A stretch of DNA of 64,000 bases from Anaerolineae bacterium (GCA_963675785.1 OY776562.1:1760001-1824000), one strand, 5' to 3'; numbered from the stretch's first letter, positions 1 through 10,363 are shown. A program made the numbers and translations. The notes: a model not told the origin generated them from the sequence alone.

Positions 1-1157
1 ATACTTGGGCATCTGAGAAGAGCAGCTTTGTCGACGAAAAGACCGGCCGTACCGTCCAACGCCTCACCATGACCGGTAACAACGTGCATCTTTATTTCAC
101 CGAGAACTCGTTCGATGCCAACAAGAATGAAATCATCTTTATCTCCGACCGAGCTTCGGGCGAAGACAAGGATCCGGTGGATGATCCCATCTACAACCTG
201 TTCCGCATGGATCTGGACAGCGGCACCATCACGCAGCTCACCGACGAGCCCCGCGGCATTGGCTCGGTCACCAAAACGCCCGATAGCGAGATTGTGGTCT
301 TTGCCTCAAATGGCAAGATTAAAAAGCTGGATACCACCACAGGTGAAATCATTGTGCTCTATGAGGAAAAAGGCAATTATAGCGTGGGCGCGCCATCCAT
401 CGCTTGCAACCGTCGTTACATTGCCTTTGCTCGCGATGAAAAAGTCGATGTGGCGCGCGGCCCCAACTATACCGGCTTCAAAGAGAGCTTTTACCGCATC
501 AAGGACGGTCGCATTACCGTAGCTTACCTCGACGGTTCTGGCTCCTTTGATGCCTTCAAAGACACCCACTGGGTCGGCCATTTCCAGTTCTGTCCAGATG
601 ACCCCACCATCGCCACCTTCTGCCATGAGGGGCCCTGGAACTTGGTCACCCAGCGTATCTGGTTGCTCGATTTCTGCTCGGGAGAAGCCAAGCCCTGCTA
701 CCGCCAAGAAGAGTATGATTCCATCGGCCACGAATTCTGGACACAGGATGGCTATGTCTTTTTTGATGACCGCGGCCCCGGCCATGACGGTACTATCACC
801 TCATCCCGCACCCAGGCTGTCGCCACCGATATCGCCGTCAACGAGAACGACATGGTTCCCTTTGTCGGTTTGATGGACCGCAAGGGCAAGCTTATTCGCA
901 AAATCGATATGCCCTATTACTGCAACCATTATCATGCCAATCCCGATAACAGCGTTCTGGTCGGCGATGACGTAGATGCGCTGGTGCTTATCGACATCTC
1001 GGGGGAAGAAGCAACGCAAGAGACCCTGGTGTACCACGGCACCTCTTGGCACACCCAGAGTTCTCATTGTCACCCCACCTGGAGTTGGGATGGCTCACGC
1101 ATTCTCTACGCCTCAGACAAGGGCGGGCGCGTCAATCTTTACATGGTAGAACTCTAG
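1..1157 (+). CDS. Oligogalacturonate lyase family (PL22-like) beta-propeller, paralog 1; 5'-truncated by window edge
   Basis: The frame is open from nt 3 (TWASEKSSFVDEKTGRTV) and matches the N-terminus of the next paralog. Ogl motifs: HLYFTENSF, WVGH..FCHEGP, GHEFW, Q..HCHP.WS.DG. Confidence 0.85.
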   Translation, partial: TWASEKSSFVDEKTGRTVQRLTMTGNNVHLYFTENSFDANKNEIIFISDRASGEDKDPVDDPIYNLFRMDLDSGTITQLTDEPRGIGSVTKTPDSEIVVFASNGKIKKLDTTTGEIIVLYEEKGNYSVGAPSIACNRRYIAFARDEKVDVARGPNYTGFKESFYRIKDGRITVAYLDGSGSFDAFKDTHWVGHFQFCPDDPTIATFCHEGPWNLVTQRIWLLDFCSGEAKPCYRQEEYDSIGHEFWTQDGYVFFDDRGPGHDGTITSSRTQAVATDIAVNENDMVPFVGLMDRKGKLIRKIDMPYYCNHYHANPDNSVLVGDDVDALVLIDISGEEATQETLVYHGTSWHTQSSHCHPTWSWDGSRILYASDKGGRVNLYMVEL

Positions 1158-1164
1158 TACGAAT

Positions 1165-1199
1165 GGGCATCTCTTTGTTCACCAAAGGGATGCCTTTTT
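1165..1199 (+). terminator. Intrinsic terminator-like hairpin
   Basis: ggcatctctttg / caaagggatgcc stem followed by ttttt. Confidence 0.7.
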
Positions 1200-1229
1200 C
1201 TTAATATGACTGCGACGTAGGAGAAATTG

Positions 1230-2396
1230 ATGATCGGTGACACCTGGGCATCTGAAAAGAGTACCTTCGTCGATAAAAAGACCGGTCGCACTGTGCACAA
1301 GCTCACTGCCACTGGTAACAATGTGCATCTTTACTTTACCGAGAACTCGTTCGACGCCAACAAAAACGAGATCATCTTTCTTTCTGACCGAGCTTCGGGT
1401 GAAGACAAACCACCAGAGGAAGAGACCCATTACAATCTATTCCGCATGGACCTGGCCACTGGTGAAATGACCCAGTTGACTGACGAACCTCAAAAGGTCA
1501 AGTCAGTCACCAAAACGCCCGATAGCGAGATTATCGCCTATGCCACCAATGGCTCGATTAGAAGGCTAGACACCACTACCGGCGAGATCATTACAATCTA
1601 TGAGCGGGATGCTAGATATCGTGTGAGCGGGCTCTCAATCGCCTGCAACCGACGTTATGTGGCCTTTGCCCGCAATGAATTCCTAAACATCGCCTTTGGC
1701 CCCAATTATGCCGGTTTCAAAGACAACTACTACCGCACCAAGGATGGTCGCGTTACCATGGCCTACCTCGATGGTTCGGGGTATTTGGATGTACTCAAGG
1801 ACACCCACCAGGTCGGTCATTTTCAATTTTGCCCGGACGACCCCACTCTTGCTACATTCTGCCATGAGGGTCCCTGGAACTTGGTTACCCAGCGTATCTG
1901 GTTCCTCGATTTCTGCTCCCGAGAGGCTACACCCTGCTATCGTCAAGAAGAGTATGATTCCATCGGCCACGAGTTCTGGACACAGGACGGCTATGTCTTT
2001 TTTGATGACCGCGGCCCCGGCCATGACGGTACTATCACCTCATCCCGCACCCAGGCTGTCGCTACCGATATCGCCGTCAACGAGAACGACATGGTTCCCT
2101 TTGTCGGTTTGATGGACCGCAAGGGCAGGCTTATTCGCAAAATCGATATGCCCTATTACTGCAACCACTATCATGCCAATCCCGATAATAGTGTGCTGGT
2201 CGGTGATGATGTGGATGCGCTGGTGCTTATCGACATCTCTGGTGAAAAGGCTACCCTGGAACCGCTAGCCTACCACGGCACCTCCTGGGCGATGCAGACA
2301 TCTCATTGTCACCCCACCTGGAGCTGGGATGGCTCGCGCATTCTCTACGCTTCGGACAAGGGTGGGCGCGCCAATCTTTACATGATCGAACTTTAG
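1230..2396 (+). CDS. Oligogalacturonate lyase family (PL22-like) beta-propeller, paralog 2
   Basis: AGGAG RBS at 1219-1223 and ATG at 1230. Same Ogl motifs as paralog 1, no signal peptide. Confidence 0.85.
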   Translation: MIGDTWASEKSTFVDKKTGRTVHKLTATGNNVHLYFTENSFDANKNEIIFLSDRASGEDKPPEEETHYNLFRMDLATGEMTQLTDEPQKVKSVTKTPDSEIIAYATNGSIRRLDTTTGEIITIYERDARYRVSGLSIACNRRYVAFARNEFLNIAFGPNYAGFKDNYYRTKDGRVTMAYLDGSGYLDVLKDTHQVGHFQFCPDDPTLATFCHEGPWNLVTQRIWFLDFCSREATPCYRQEEYDSIGHEFWTQDGYVFFDDRGPGHDGTITSSRTQAVATDIAVNENDMVPFVGLMDRKGRLIRKIDMPYYCNHYHANPDNSVLVGDDVDALVLIDISGEKATLEPLAYHGTSWAMQTSHCHPTWSWDGSRILYASDKGGRANLYMIEL

Positions 2397-2404
2397 AACC
2401 ATGG

Positions 2405-2432
2405 GGGTGTTGTCTTTGAGCAACGCCCTTTT
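2405..2432 (+). terminator. Terminator-like hairpin
   Basis: gggtgttg / caacgccc stem followed by tttt. Confidence 0.5.
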
Positions 2433-2450
2433 CCCAAAAGGAGGCAGCTC

Positions 2451-3872
2451 GTGGCAGACAGCAGAATCGGTTTGTTGGGCATTGGTTTAGATACCTATTG
2501 GCCGCAGTTCACCGGCCTTTTGCCAAAACTGCAGGGCTATCAAGCTCATATCCATGCGCGGCTAGAAAACCTGGGCGTGCAGCTCACCGATGTAGGTATG
2601 GTCGATTCGCCAGAAAAAGCCCTCATCGCAGCCGAAACGCTGCGTGCCGCCGATGTCGATCTCATTCTGCTCTATGTCAGCACCTATGCTCTCAGTTCCA
2701 CCGTGCTGCCCATCGCTCAGCGCACAAATAAGCCCATCATCGTCCTCAACCTGCAGCCCACCGCTTGCCTCGATTACGAATCATTCAACGCACTGGGCGA
2801 CCGCGGCCTCATGACCGGCGAGTGGCTGGGTTATTGCCAATCCTGCAGCGCCCCCGAGATCGCTTCGGTCTTTAACCGCGCTGGCATCGACTATCATCTA
2901 GTCACTGGCACCCTGGATGACCCCGAGGCTTGGGGCGAAATCGAGCGTTGGATCGCCGCTGCTGGTTTGGCTCGCGCTACGCGCAACAACCGCGTAGGCA
3001 TTCTGGGCCACTATTACAACGGTATGCTCGATATCTACAGCGACATGACCCAACAGGCCGCGGCTCTGGGCTGTCATTTCGAAATCTTGGAGATGGACGA
3101 ACTAGCCGCCCTGCGCGAGGCCGTTACGCTACCTCAAGTACGAGCCAAGCTGGCCCAATTCCAGCGCGATTTCGAGGTTTTGCCTGAATGCAGCACCTAC
3201 GAGCTGGAACGCGCCGCCCGCACCTCTTGCGCTCTCGACGCCCTGGTCGAACAGCATCGGCTGGGTTCTATGGCATATTACTATGAGGGCACGCCGGGCA
3301 GCGTTCACGAGGATATCGTCACCTCGGTCATCGCGGGCAACACCCTACTCACGGCCAATCACGTACCTGTGGCCGGTGAGTGCGATATCAAGAACGTGCA
3401 GGCCATGAAGATACTCGACCTGCTGGGCGTCGGCGGCAGCTTTTCCGAGTTCTACTTGATGGATCTGGAGGATGACATCGTCATGCTGGGTCACGATGGC
3501 CCCGGCCATCCCGTTATCGCTGAGGGGCGTGTGCGTTTGGTGCCGCTGCCTCTCTACCACGGCAAGCCCGGCAAGGGCCTCTCCATCCAAATGCGCGTCC
3601 AGAACGGCCCCGTCACCTTGCTGGCTCTCACCCAAAACCGTCAGGGGCAGATGAGCCTGCTCACTGCTGAGGGCGATTCAGTGGCCGGCCCCATTTTGGA
3701 GATCGGCAATACGAACAGCCGCTATCGCTTTACTAGTGGCGCCAAGGCCTTTATCAACGCCTGGTGCGAACAAGGTCCGGCTCACCACTGTGCCATCGGC
3801 GTCGGCCATCACGCCGATACGCTAAAGAAACTGGCAGCCCTATTGGGTCTGCCCTATATCCGTATTTGCTAG
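2451..3872 (+). CDS. L-fucose/L-arabinose isomerase family protein
   Basis: GGAGG RBS and GTG start. Motifs AGECD, GGSFSEF, LGHDGPGH and GPAHHCAIGVGH are typical of AraA/FucI-like isomerases. Confidence 0.85.
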   Translation: MADSRIGLLGIGLDTYWPQFTGLLPKLQGYQAHIHARLENLGVQLTDVGMVDSPEKALIAAETLRAADVDLILLYVSTYALSSTVLPIAQRTNKPIIVLNLQPTACLDYESFNALGDRGLMTGEWLGYCQSCSAPEIASVFNRAGIDYHLVTGTLDDPEAWGEIERWIAAAGLARATRNNRVGILGHYYNGMLDIYSDMTQQAAALGCHFEILEMDELAALREAVTLPQVRAKLAQFQRDFEVLPECSTYELERAARTSCALDALVEQHRLGSMAYYYEGTPGSVHEDIVTSVIAGNTLLTANHVPVAGECDIKNVQAMKILDLLGVGGSFSEFYLMDLEDDIVMLGHDGPGHPVIAEGRVRLVPLPLYHGKPGKGLSIQMRVQNGPVTLLALTQNRQGQMSLLTAEGDSVAGPILEIGNTNSRYRFTSGAKAFINAWCEQGPAHHCAIGVGHHADTLKKLAALLGLPYIRIC

Positions 3873-3909
3873 ACGATTGAAAACTGCGCCACGGCGCACA
3901 AGGAGAATT

Positions 3910-6510
3910 ATGTCAAATCTGGAAGAGAATCTCAGTGCCAAGATTCCATCCGGTGAAACGCTCAAACCATGGATCACCCTCGGCCTCTTTAATCAGGATG
4001 TGAATGACACCGTCCGCGGCCTGACACTGTTCGAGACACAGAGCACCACCGTCGGTGCCACCATGCTCCAGCAAGCCGCCGAAGCCGGATTGGCGCTGCT
4101 GCAAGAGCCTGCCGCCGAAGGAGATAGCGCTGATTTTCGCGGTGAAGAGCAGCGCTGGTCGCTGGTGCGTCGTCCAGAAAAGCTACTACAATGGGGCAAA
4201 TACAACATCGCTAACCACTTGGGCGCCGTCCTCTTGCAGAGCATTCTGACCGCCGACCAGCCCGGTGCCGTCACCTTTACCCTGGGATCGGGCATGAACT
4301 GTCTGGCGCAGGTGCTCGTCAATGGCCAGTTGGTTTATTCGGGCATCATCGGCAAAAAGCGCGGCGACGAGTATACCTTTACGGCCTTCCTTCAAGCCGG
4401 GGAGAATCGCCTTGCCGTCGGTCTCTACCGTGTAGGTCGCTTTGCTCAATTGGGGTTCCGTCTTACGTTGGATCGCGACGTTCAGGTCAGTGCTCCCCTG
4501 CCCACTGGCATGACCATCGACGAGCGTCTGACCATCGAACGCGAAGTCGTCGCTTTCCGCCTAGAGCGCGATGTCTTTTACCCAGGCATGGCTCTGGGGC
4601 CTATTTGTGAGGTCACACCTAGCCGCGCGCCTCGGGTGCAGTTATGGCCCGGCGTGCCCAGCACAGCCCGTCATCTGCGCCAGAACCCGCATACGGCTCC
4701 GCTGGCTGAGGTGAGCGCTTCTGAGGCCGGCCTTGTTACCCTGACCCAGGCCGTTGATCTACCAGACGGCCCTTACAAGATCGCCATTGACTGGCTGGAC
4801 GAATCTGGCCAGCCACTCACTGGGTTGCTCTATCATGTGCACAAATTCACGCCAGCACCCGAACTCCCCGGCCCTCAGAATCAAGAAACGCGACGCCTAC
4901 GTGTGTTGGAGCACTATACGACCAGCGTCGAATGGCAGCTTACCTGGAACCAGATATGCCGTTATGCGCTAGGACGTTACGATCAGATCGATGCCGACGC
5001 GATACGCGCCAGTTGCGAGCACGTCATCCAGCGCAAAGACTGCGCCGATTTCATGATTCAGGGCATTCTGCGCTTGCTCTATTGGGATCGCGATCAGCAC
5101 AAGCTAGATCCTGCCCTGGTAGCATTGATGAAGGAAGCGGTGCTTGGCTTTAAATATTGGGTGGATGAGCCCGGCGATACGGTCATGTACATGGGCTCGG
5201 AGAACCATCGCTTGCTCTTTCACGTAGCCGAGTGGATGGCGGGACAGCTCTATCCTACCGAAGAGTTCAGCAACAGCGGTATGCGCGGTCTCTACCACAG
5301 CACCAAGGGCCGTATGTACATCACCGAGTGGATTCGCCAACGCGGGCGCTTTGGCCTGGACGAATGGCATTCCAACTCTTACTACCCCATCACCATTGCA
5401 CCACTGGTCAACGTCTATGACTTTGCCATTAATGAAGATAGCAAACTGCGCGAGATGGCCGGTTTTGCCCTGGATTACATGCTCTTCAACATCGCCTCAG
5501 ACAGCTATCAAGGGGTCTTTGGTAGCTCCCACGGGCGCAGCTATGGTGAATATGTCAAGTACCCAGATATGGAGATGACCGCTGGCATCAGTTGGCTCTA
5601 TTGGGGCTTGGGCAGCCTCATCCCTGGCACCGAGGGCATGGGCGTGGTTTGCCTGGCCACTAGCAGCTATCAGCCGCCGGCATTGCTTAACGGCATGGCC
5701 AATGACAATACCCAGACCATCAAATCGTTGGAAAAGCACGGCCTGCTGGGCCGTGGTGCCCGCCATGCCTGTCAGGTGGTTTACCGCACCCCCGATTACA
5801 TGTTGGCCAGTGTGCAAGATCACCGCAAGGGCGAATTCGAGGCCTCGACACATCCTGCACAGGTTACCCTGGGCAAAAAGAACATCATCTTTTGGACCTG
5901 CCCGCTCACCAGCGGCGAAGGCCACGGCCTGCGCCCCGACTATTGGTCGGGTAACGCTGTGCTACCCCGCATTTTGCAGATCAGCAACGTCATGGCGCTG
6001 CACTGGCGACGCCAGCCCCTCACATGGATGACCCACTGCTGGTTCGAAAAAGATCGTTTCGATGCCTACAAGCTGGACATACCCGGCAAGAATGGCGGCA
6101 CTTGGGCTTTTTGTCAGGTAAATGACGGCTATGTGGGCATCTATTCTCAAAACGGCTATGAGTTGGGCACGCTCACCCAGTACGCCGGGCGGGAACTCAT
6201 CTGCTATGCCGAGGAAAACACCTGGCTAGTGGAATGCGGTCGCAAAGCGGATTGGGGCTCGTTCGACGCCTTTTGTGATGCTCTCGCAGCAGCGCCCGTC
6301 ACCTTTGAAAACGACGTCATGACCTATCAATCTCCCTCGCAGGGCATCATCATCTCCGGATGGGAGCAAATCCCCATTCATAACGGTGCTCCGGTGGATA
6401 GCAGCGCCTTTCCTTTGGTGCGCAGCCCCTGGGCCTATTCGGATTACGGTTCGGGTGAATTTACTCTCATGTATGGCGGAGAGCGTCAACAGTTATGGTT
6501 CAACCAATAG
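3910..6510 (+). CDS. Large uncharacterised cytoplasmic protein (~866 aa), paralog 1; possible polysaccharide-lyase-like fold
   Basis: AGGAG RBS at 3901 and ATG at 3910. Conserved core RKDCADF..FKYWVDEPG..SENH..EWHSNSYY..HGRSY is shared with the next gene. Confidence 0.8.
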   Translation: MSNLEENLSAKIPSGETLKPWITLGLFNQDVNDTVRGLTLFETQSTTVGATMLQQAAEAGLALLQEPAAEGDSADFRGEEQRWSLVRRPEKLLQWGKYNIANHLGAVLLQSILTADQPGAVTFTLGSGMNCLAQVLVNGQLVYSGIIGKKRGDEYTFTAFLQAGENRLAVGLYRVGRFAQLGFRLTLDRDVQVSAPLPTGMTIDERLTIEREVVAFRLERDVFYPGMALGPICEVTPSRAPRVQLWPGVPSTARHLRQNPHTAPLAEVSASEAGLVTLTQAVDLPDGPYKIAIDWLDESGQPLTGLLYHVHKFTPAPELPGPQNQETRRLRVLEHYTTSVEWQLTWNQICRYALGRYDQIDADAIRASCEHVIQRKDCADFMIQGILRLLYWDRDQHKLDPALVALMKEAVLGFKYWVDEPGDTVMYMGSENHRLLFHVAEWMAGQLYPTEEFSNSGMRGLYHSTKGRMYITEWIRQRGRFGLDEWHSNSYYPITIAPLVNVYDFAINEDSKLREMAGFALDYMLFNIASDSYQGVFGSSHGRSYGEYVKYPDMEMTAGISWLYWGLGSLIPGTEGMGVVCLATSSYQPPALLNGMANDNTQTIKSLEKHGLLGRGARHACQVVYRTPDYMLASVQDHRKGEFEASTHPAQVTLGKKNIIFWTCPLTSGEGHGLRPDYWSGNAVLPRILQISNVMALHWRRQPLTWMTHCWFEKDRFDAYKLDIPGKNGGTWAFCQVNDGYVGIYSQNGYELGTLTQYAGRELICYAEENTWLVECGRKADWGSFDAFCDALAAAPVTFENDVMTYQSPSQGIIISGWEQIPIHNGAPVDSSAFPLVRSPWAYSDYGSGEFTLMYGGERQQLWFNQ

Positions 6511-6522
6511 GAGGATTACAGC

Positions 6523-9063
6523 ATGGCATGGCTCAAACAGATTGTAAACGAGAACGAAACCATCAAGCCCTGGCTCATTTTGGGGCCCTATAACCAAGAT
6601 GTATCCGATGAGGTCATCGGCCTAACCCTCTATGAGCGTGAGGGCGCCACCGTGGGCGCCTCGCTCATGGTGCAAGCGGCTGAAGAAGCTGGTCGCCTGC
6701 TGGCCAAACCCCACGTCGAAGGTGAGCGTTGCGCTTGGCGTGGCGAGGAACGCACCTGGGAACTGGTGCGCCGCCCAGAAAAGTACCTCCTCTGGGGCAC
6801 CTACAATATCTCCAACCATCTGGGCGCAGCCTTTCTCACTAACAACGTCCAAGTGAAAAGTGCCAGCGCCTACAGCTTTGAGCTCTCGAGCAAAATCACT
6901 GGCCGTGCCATGGTTTATGTCGATGGCAAATTGGCTTTTGATACCGCTGACAGCAATCCCGAGATGCGCGGTGTCTTTCGCCGTTGGGCGTTTCAGCTCG
7001 AATTGAGTGGCACCCATACCCTTTCTGTCGCCTTGTTCCGCGTAGGTCGTATGGCTCAAATTGGTTTCAAACTGGTCTGCACCAATGCCGCCCTTACCAC
7101 CTGGTTGCCCGATACCCCCGGTCTCTCGCCCGAGGCTCGTGAAGCGGTAGAAGCCGAGATCGCCTCTCTACGCCTAGAGCGCGACATGTTCCATCCCGAA
7201 GATGATGTGGCGCTGATCACGGCCTTGGCCGCGCGCCCCTTCAAGGCTAGTTTAGAGAATGAAGATGGTTTGCAAACTGCTTCGGCTACCTTTAGCGGCT
7301 CCGGGCGTCACGTGCTGCTCCAAGGCGCTGAACTCCCTGACGGTATCTACAACCTGATTTGCGATTGGCTGGACGAAAAAGGTCAGCGTCTCACTGGCAC
7401 CCAGTTCGAGATCAAAAAGACCTCCCCCCTCAAAGCACCCTTGGGCGACGACAAGCTGGCAGAACGTCAGCGTTTGACGCTAGAGCACTATGCCGATAAC
7501 ACCGAGCGTCACAGTATCTTTGAAGCTGTAGCTCGTTACGCCCTCGGCCGTTACGACGAGATTGCTTCTCAAATCGAATACACCTGTGATTTTATTGCCG
7601 CCCGTAAGGACTGTGCCGATTTCGCCATCCAAGGCCTGCTGCGTCTCATGTATTGGGAACGCAAGGAACAACACCTCAGTGACGCCCTCAATGCCCTCAT
7701 GAAGGACACCATCCTGGGCTTTAAATACTGGGTGGATGAGCCGGGTGATACCGTCATGTACATGGGCTCCGAGAACCACCGCATGCTCTTCCACGTGGCC
7801 GAGTGGATGGCGGGACAGCTCTTCCCCACCGAAGAGTTCACCAACAGCGGTATGCGCGGCCTGTACCACAGCACCAAGGGCCGTATGTATATCACCGAGT
7901 GGTTCCGCCAACGCGGCCGCTTTGGCTTTGACGAATGGCATTCCAACTCGTATTTCCCCATCAGCATGGCGCCTGTCATCAACGTTTACGACTTTGCCAT
8001 CGGCGAAGATTCCAAGCTGCGCGAGATGGCCGGTTACACGCTGGATTACATGTGCACCATCCTGGCCACCGACACTTATGAGGGTATTCTGGGTACTACC
8101 CACGGCCGTAGCTATGGTCGCTACCTCAAGCACCCCGATATGGAGGGCACGTCATCGCTCTGTTGGCAATTGTGGGGCACGGGTAGCCTTAGCAAAGGCA
8201 CCAGTGGCATCGCCGCTGCCTTGTTGGCCACCAGCGCCTATCGTGCGCCAGCTATCCTTACCCCTATGGCCCTTGACAAAAAGACGGTGCTCGAATCGCG
8301 TGAGCGCCAGGGCCTGCACCATGGTGGAATCCAATCGGCCGAGTTTGTGGTTTTCCGCACCCCTGATTACCAGATCTCTGGCGTTCAGGATTACCGCAAA
8401 GGTGAATACGAGTCTTCTTCACATCCAGCACAGGTCACGTTGAGCAACAAGAACGTCATCTTCTGGTCTTGCCCCAACACCTGCGAAGAAGGCGGCGGTG
8501 CCCGTCCTGATTACTGGTCGGGCTGCACCACCCTGCCGCGCGTCATCCAATATCGCAATGTCATGTCCCTCACCTTCCAGCCCAGCGAAGCAGCTTGGAT
8601 GACTCACTGCTTCTTTGAACAGGATCGCTTTGACGAGGTACGTTACGAGGGTAACTGGGCCTTTTGTCGCGTGGCCGAGGGCTATGTCGCCATCTACTCG
8701 CAGCATGGCTTTACCCTGGGCGATAGAGGTCAATATGCAGGCCGAGAGTTGGTCTGCGTCGCCGAAGAAAACACCTGGCTGGTGGAATGTGGTCGCCAAG
8801 CCGATTGGGGCACCTTTGACGCCTTTGTAGAGGCCATTGTCGATGCCGACTTGCGTCCTGTCGAGGGCGGCCTAGCCTACGACTCTCCTTCTGTAGGGCG
8901 CTTTGTCACCGGTTGGGACTTGGTCCCCACCGTCGGCGGTGAAAAAGTCAATACCGAAGGCTATGCGTTGGTCGATAGCCCTTGGGCCTATTCACGCTAC
9001 GGCTCGGGTGAAATCTCACTCAGTTACGAGAACGAGCGCTACACCATCTGGCTCAATCAGTAA
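6523..9063 (+). CDS. Large uncharacterised cytoplasmic protein (846 aa), paralog 2
   Basis: GGAGG RBS. Collinear with the previous ORF over its whole length. Confidence 0.8.
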   Translation: MAWLKQIVNENETIKPWLILGPYNQDVSDEVIGLTLYEREGATVGASLMVQAAEEAGRLLAKPHVEGERCAWRGEERTWELVRRPEKYLLWGTYNISNHLGAAFLTNNVQVKSASAYSFELSSKITGRAMVYVDGKLAFDTADSNPEMRGVFRRWAFQLELSGTHTLSVALFRVGRMAQIGFKLVCTNAALTTWLPDTPGLSPEAREAVEAEIASLRLERDMFHPEDDVALITALAARPFKASLENEDGLQTASATFSGSGRHVLLQGAELPDGIYNLICDWLDEKGQRLTGTQFEIKKTSPLKAPLGDDKLAERQRLTLEHYADNTERHSIFEAVARYALGRYDEIASQIEYTCDFIAARKDCADFAIQGLLRLMYWERKEQHLSDALNALMKDTILGFKYWVDEPGDTVMYMGSENHRMLFHVAEWMAGQLFPTEEFTNSGMRGLYHSTKGRMYITEWFRQRGRFGFDEWHSNSYFPISMAPVINVYDFAIGEDSKLREMAGYTLDYMCTILATDTYEGILGTTHGRSYGRYLKHPDMEGTSSLCWQLWGTGSLSKGTSGIAAALLATSAYRAPAILTPMALDKKTVLESRERQGLHHGGIQSAEFVVFRTPDYQISGVQDYRKGEYESSSHPAQVTLSNKNVIFWSCPNTCEEGGGARPDYWSGCTTLPRVIQYRNVMSLTFQPSEAAWMTHCFFEQDRFDEVRYEGNWAFCRVAEGYVAIYSQHGFTLGDRGQYAGRELVCVAEENTWLVECGRQADWGTFDAFVEAIVDADLRPVEGGLAYDSPSVGRFVTGWDLVPTVGGEKVNTEGYALVDSPWAYSRYGSGEISLSYENERYTIWLNQ

Positions 9064-9083
9064 CCACAAAACACGTGCCAACT

Positions 9084-9129
9084 AAAAACGGGGCACCATG
9101 GATGATGGTCATTCCATGGTGCCCCGTTT
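9084..9129. terminator. Bidirectional intrinsic terminator
   Basis: aaacggggcaccatgga / tccatggtgccccgttt inverted repeat between convergent genes. Confidence 0.85.
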
Positions 9130-9139
9130 CATATATTGC

Positions 9140-10363
9140 CTAGTCAGTCTTCCACATAATCGGTACTGCGTAGCGGATGACAAAGAAGGTCAAGATTAGC
9201 GCCGCTCCTTGAATAATAAAGGCCAGCGGTACCCCTCCCGCATCAGCAACTGCGCCAAACACCAACCCAGAAACCGGACCAAAGGCCTGGCAGGTGCTGT
9301 AAAGGCTCATCACACGACCGCGATATTCATCCGTAGCCCGTGTCTGTAGCATGGTCTGGTTGGCAATACGCTGGACATTAGAAGCAGCTCCCAACAAGAA
9401 CGTCAGCACATAGAGAACAGCCATGCTGCGTGAAAAGGCAATGCCTATGAGTACTAAACCAAAGGCGGCCACCGAAATCAGCAGTAATCGCCCCTTCTGT
9501 TTAAGATTATGCATGCAGGCCAGAACAATAGAGGCTACCAGAGAGCCAAAGCCAAAGACCGACAGGATCAAGCCCAACGTGCTGGCCCCCATGTTCAATT
9601 GATCGCTGACAAACTTGGTCATCAGCGAGTTGAACTGCATGGCCAGGAAAAAGCGAATGATGACAATAATGATCAGCGTACCCAGAATGGTATCGCGTAG
9701 CGTATAGTTCAGGCCGTCTTTCAACGCCTTGCCTGGAGAGTCGGCGGGCGTTTCCACCTGCACATTAGGCAAATGGTGCATTGCCAACGCCGATGCGGCA
9801 TAGACAGCCGCATAGATCGCTAAAACCAGAGGAACGCCCCACCATTCGATGAAATAGCCCGAGACGGCCGGAAACACCATAGAGGCAATGCCAAGGCCAA
9901 TCGAGTTGAGTGAATAGGCATTGAGCAATAGCTTCTTGTCGATCAGTTCGGGCATTACTGCAGCGGAGGCTGGGTTGTAAAAGGCGTCGATAATGCCCGA
10001 GAAAAGCGATGAAAGCGCCAGATGCCAGACCTGTATGATGCCCAAGTAGGCCAAGAGCGCTATCGCTCCCGAAAGCAGCACCATGGCCCAACGGCAGACC
10101 AGAATGATGCGCTTTTTTTCAACACGATCGCTCAATACGCCTGCCCAGGGCGAAATAAGCACCGTTGCCAAAGCCCGACCAGCACTCACCCAGCCCAGTG
10201 CCAATGCTGAGCCGGTGATCTCATAGACTAACCAATTCGTGGCAACGCCGCCGATACGTAAGGCAGATTCAGAAGCAAGCCGGCTTATCCAGAACCATAG
10301 ATATGACCGCTCTTTGAGCGCCTGAAACGGATTCTGAAGTGAAAGGCGATAGCTGGTGGACAT
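9140..10363 (-). CDS. MFS transporter (DHA3/EntS-like)
   Basis: About 12 hydrophobic segments, motif A GVLSDRVEKK, and YRGRVMS. Confidence 0.9.
   Translation of the reverse strand: MSTSYRLSLQNPFQALKERSYLWFWISRLASESALRIGGVATNWLVYEITGSALALGWVSAGRALATVLISPWAGVLSDRVEKKRIILVCRWAMVLLSGAIALLAYLGIIQVWHLALSSLFSGIIDAFYNPASAAVMPELIDKKLLLNAYSLNSIGLGIASMVFPAVSGYFIEWWGVPLVLAIYAAVYAASALAMHHLPNVQVETPADSPGKALKDGLNYTLRDTILGTLIIIVIIRFFLAMQFNSLMTKFVSDQLNMGASTLGLILSVFGFGSLVASIVLACMHNLKQKGRLLLISVAAFGLVLIGIAFSRSMAVLYVLTFLLGAASNVQRIANQTMLQTRATDEYRGRVMSLYSTCQAFGPVSGLVFGAVADAGGVPLAFIIQGAALILTFFVIRYAVPIMWKTD

Noticed and set aside
5146-7950. Gene conversion between the two large unknown paralogs
   Set aside because: The conserved core has many synonymous differences, so protein-level selection explains it.
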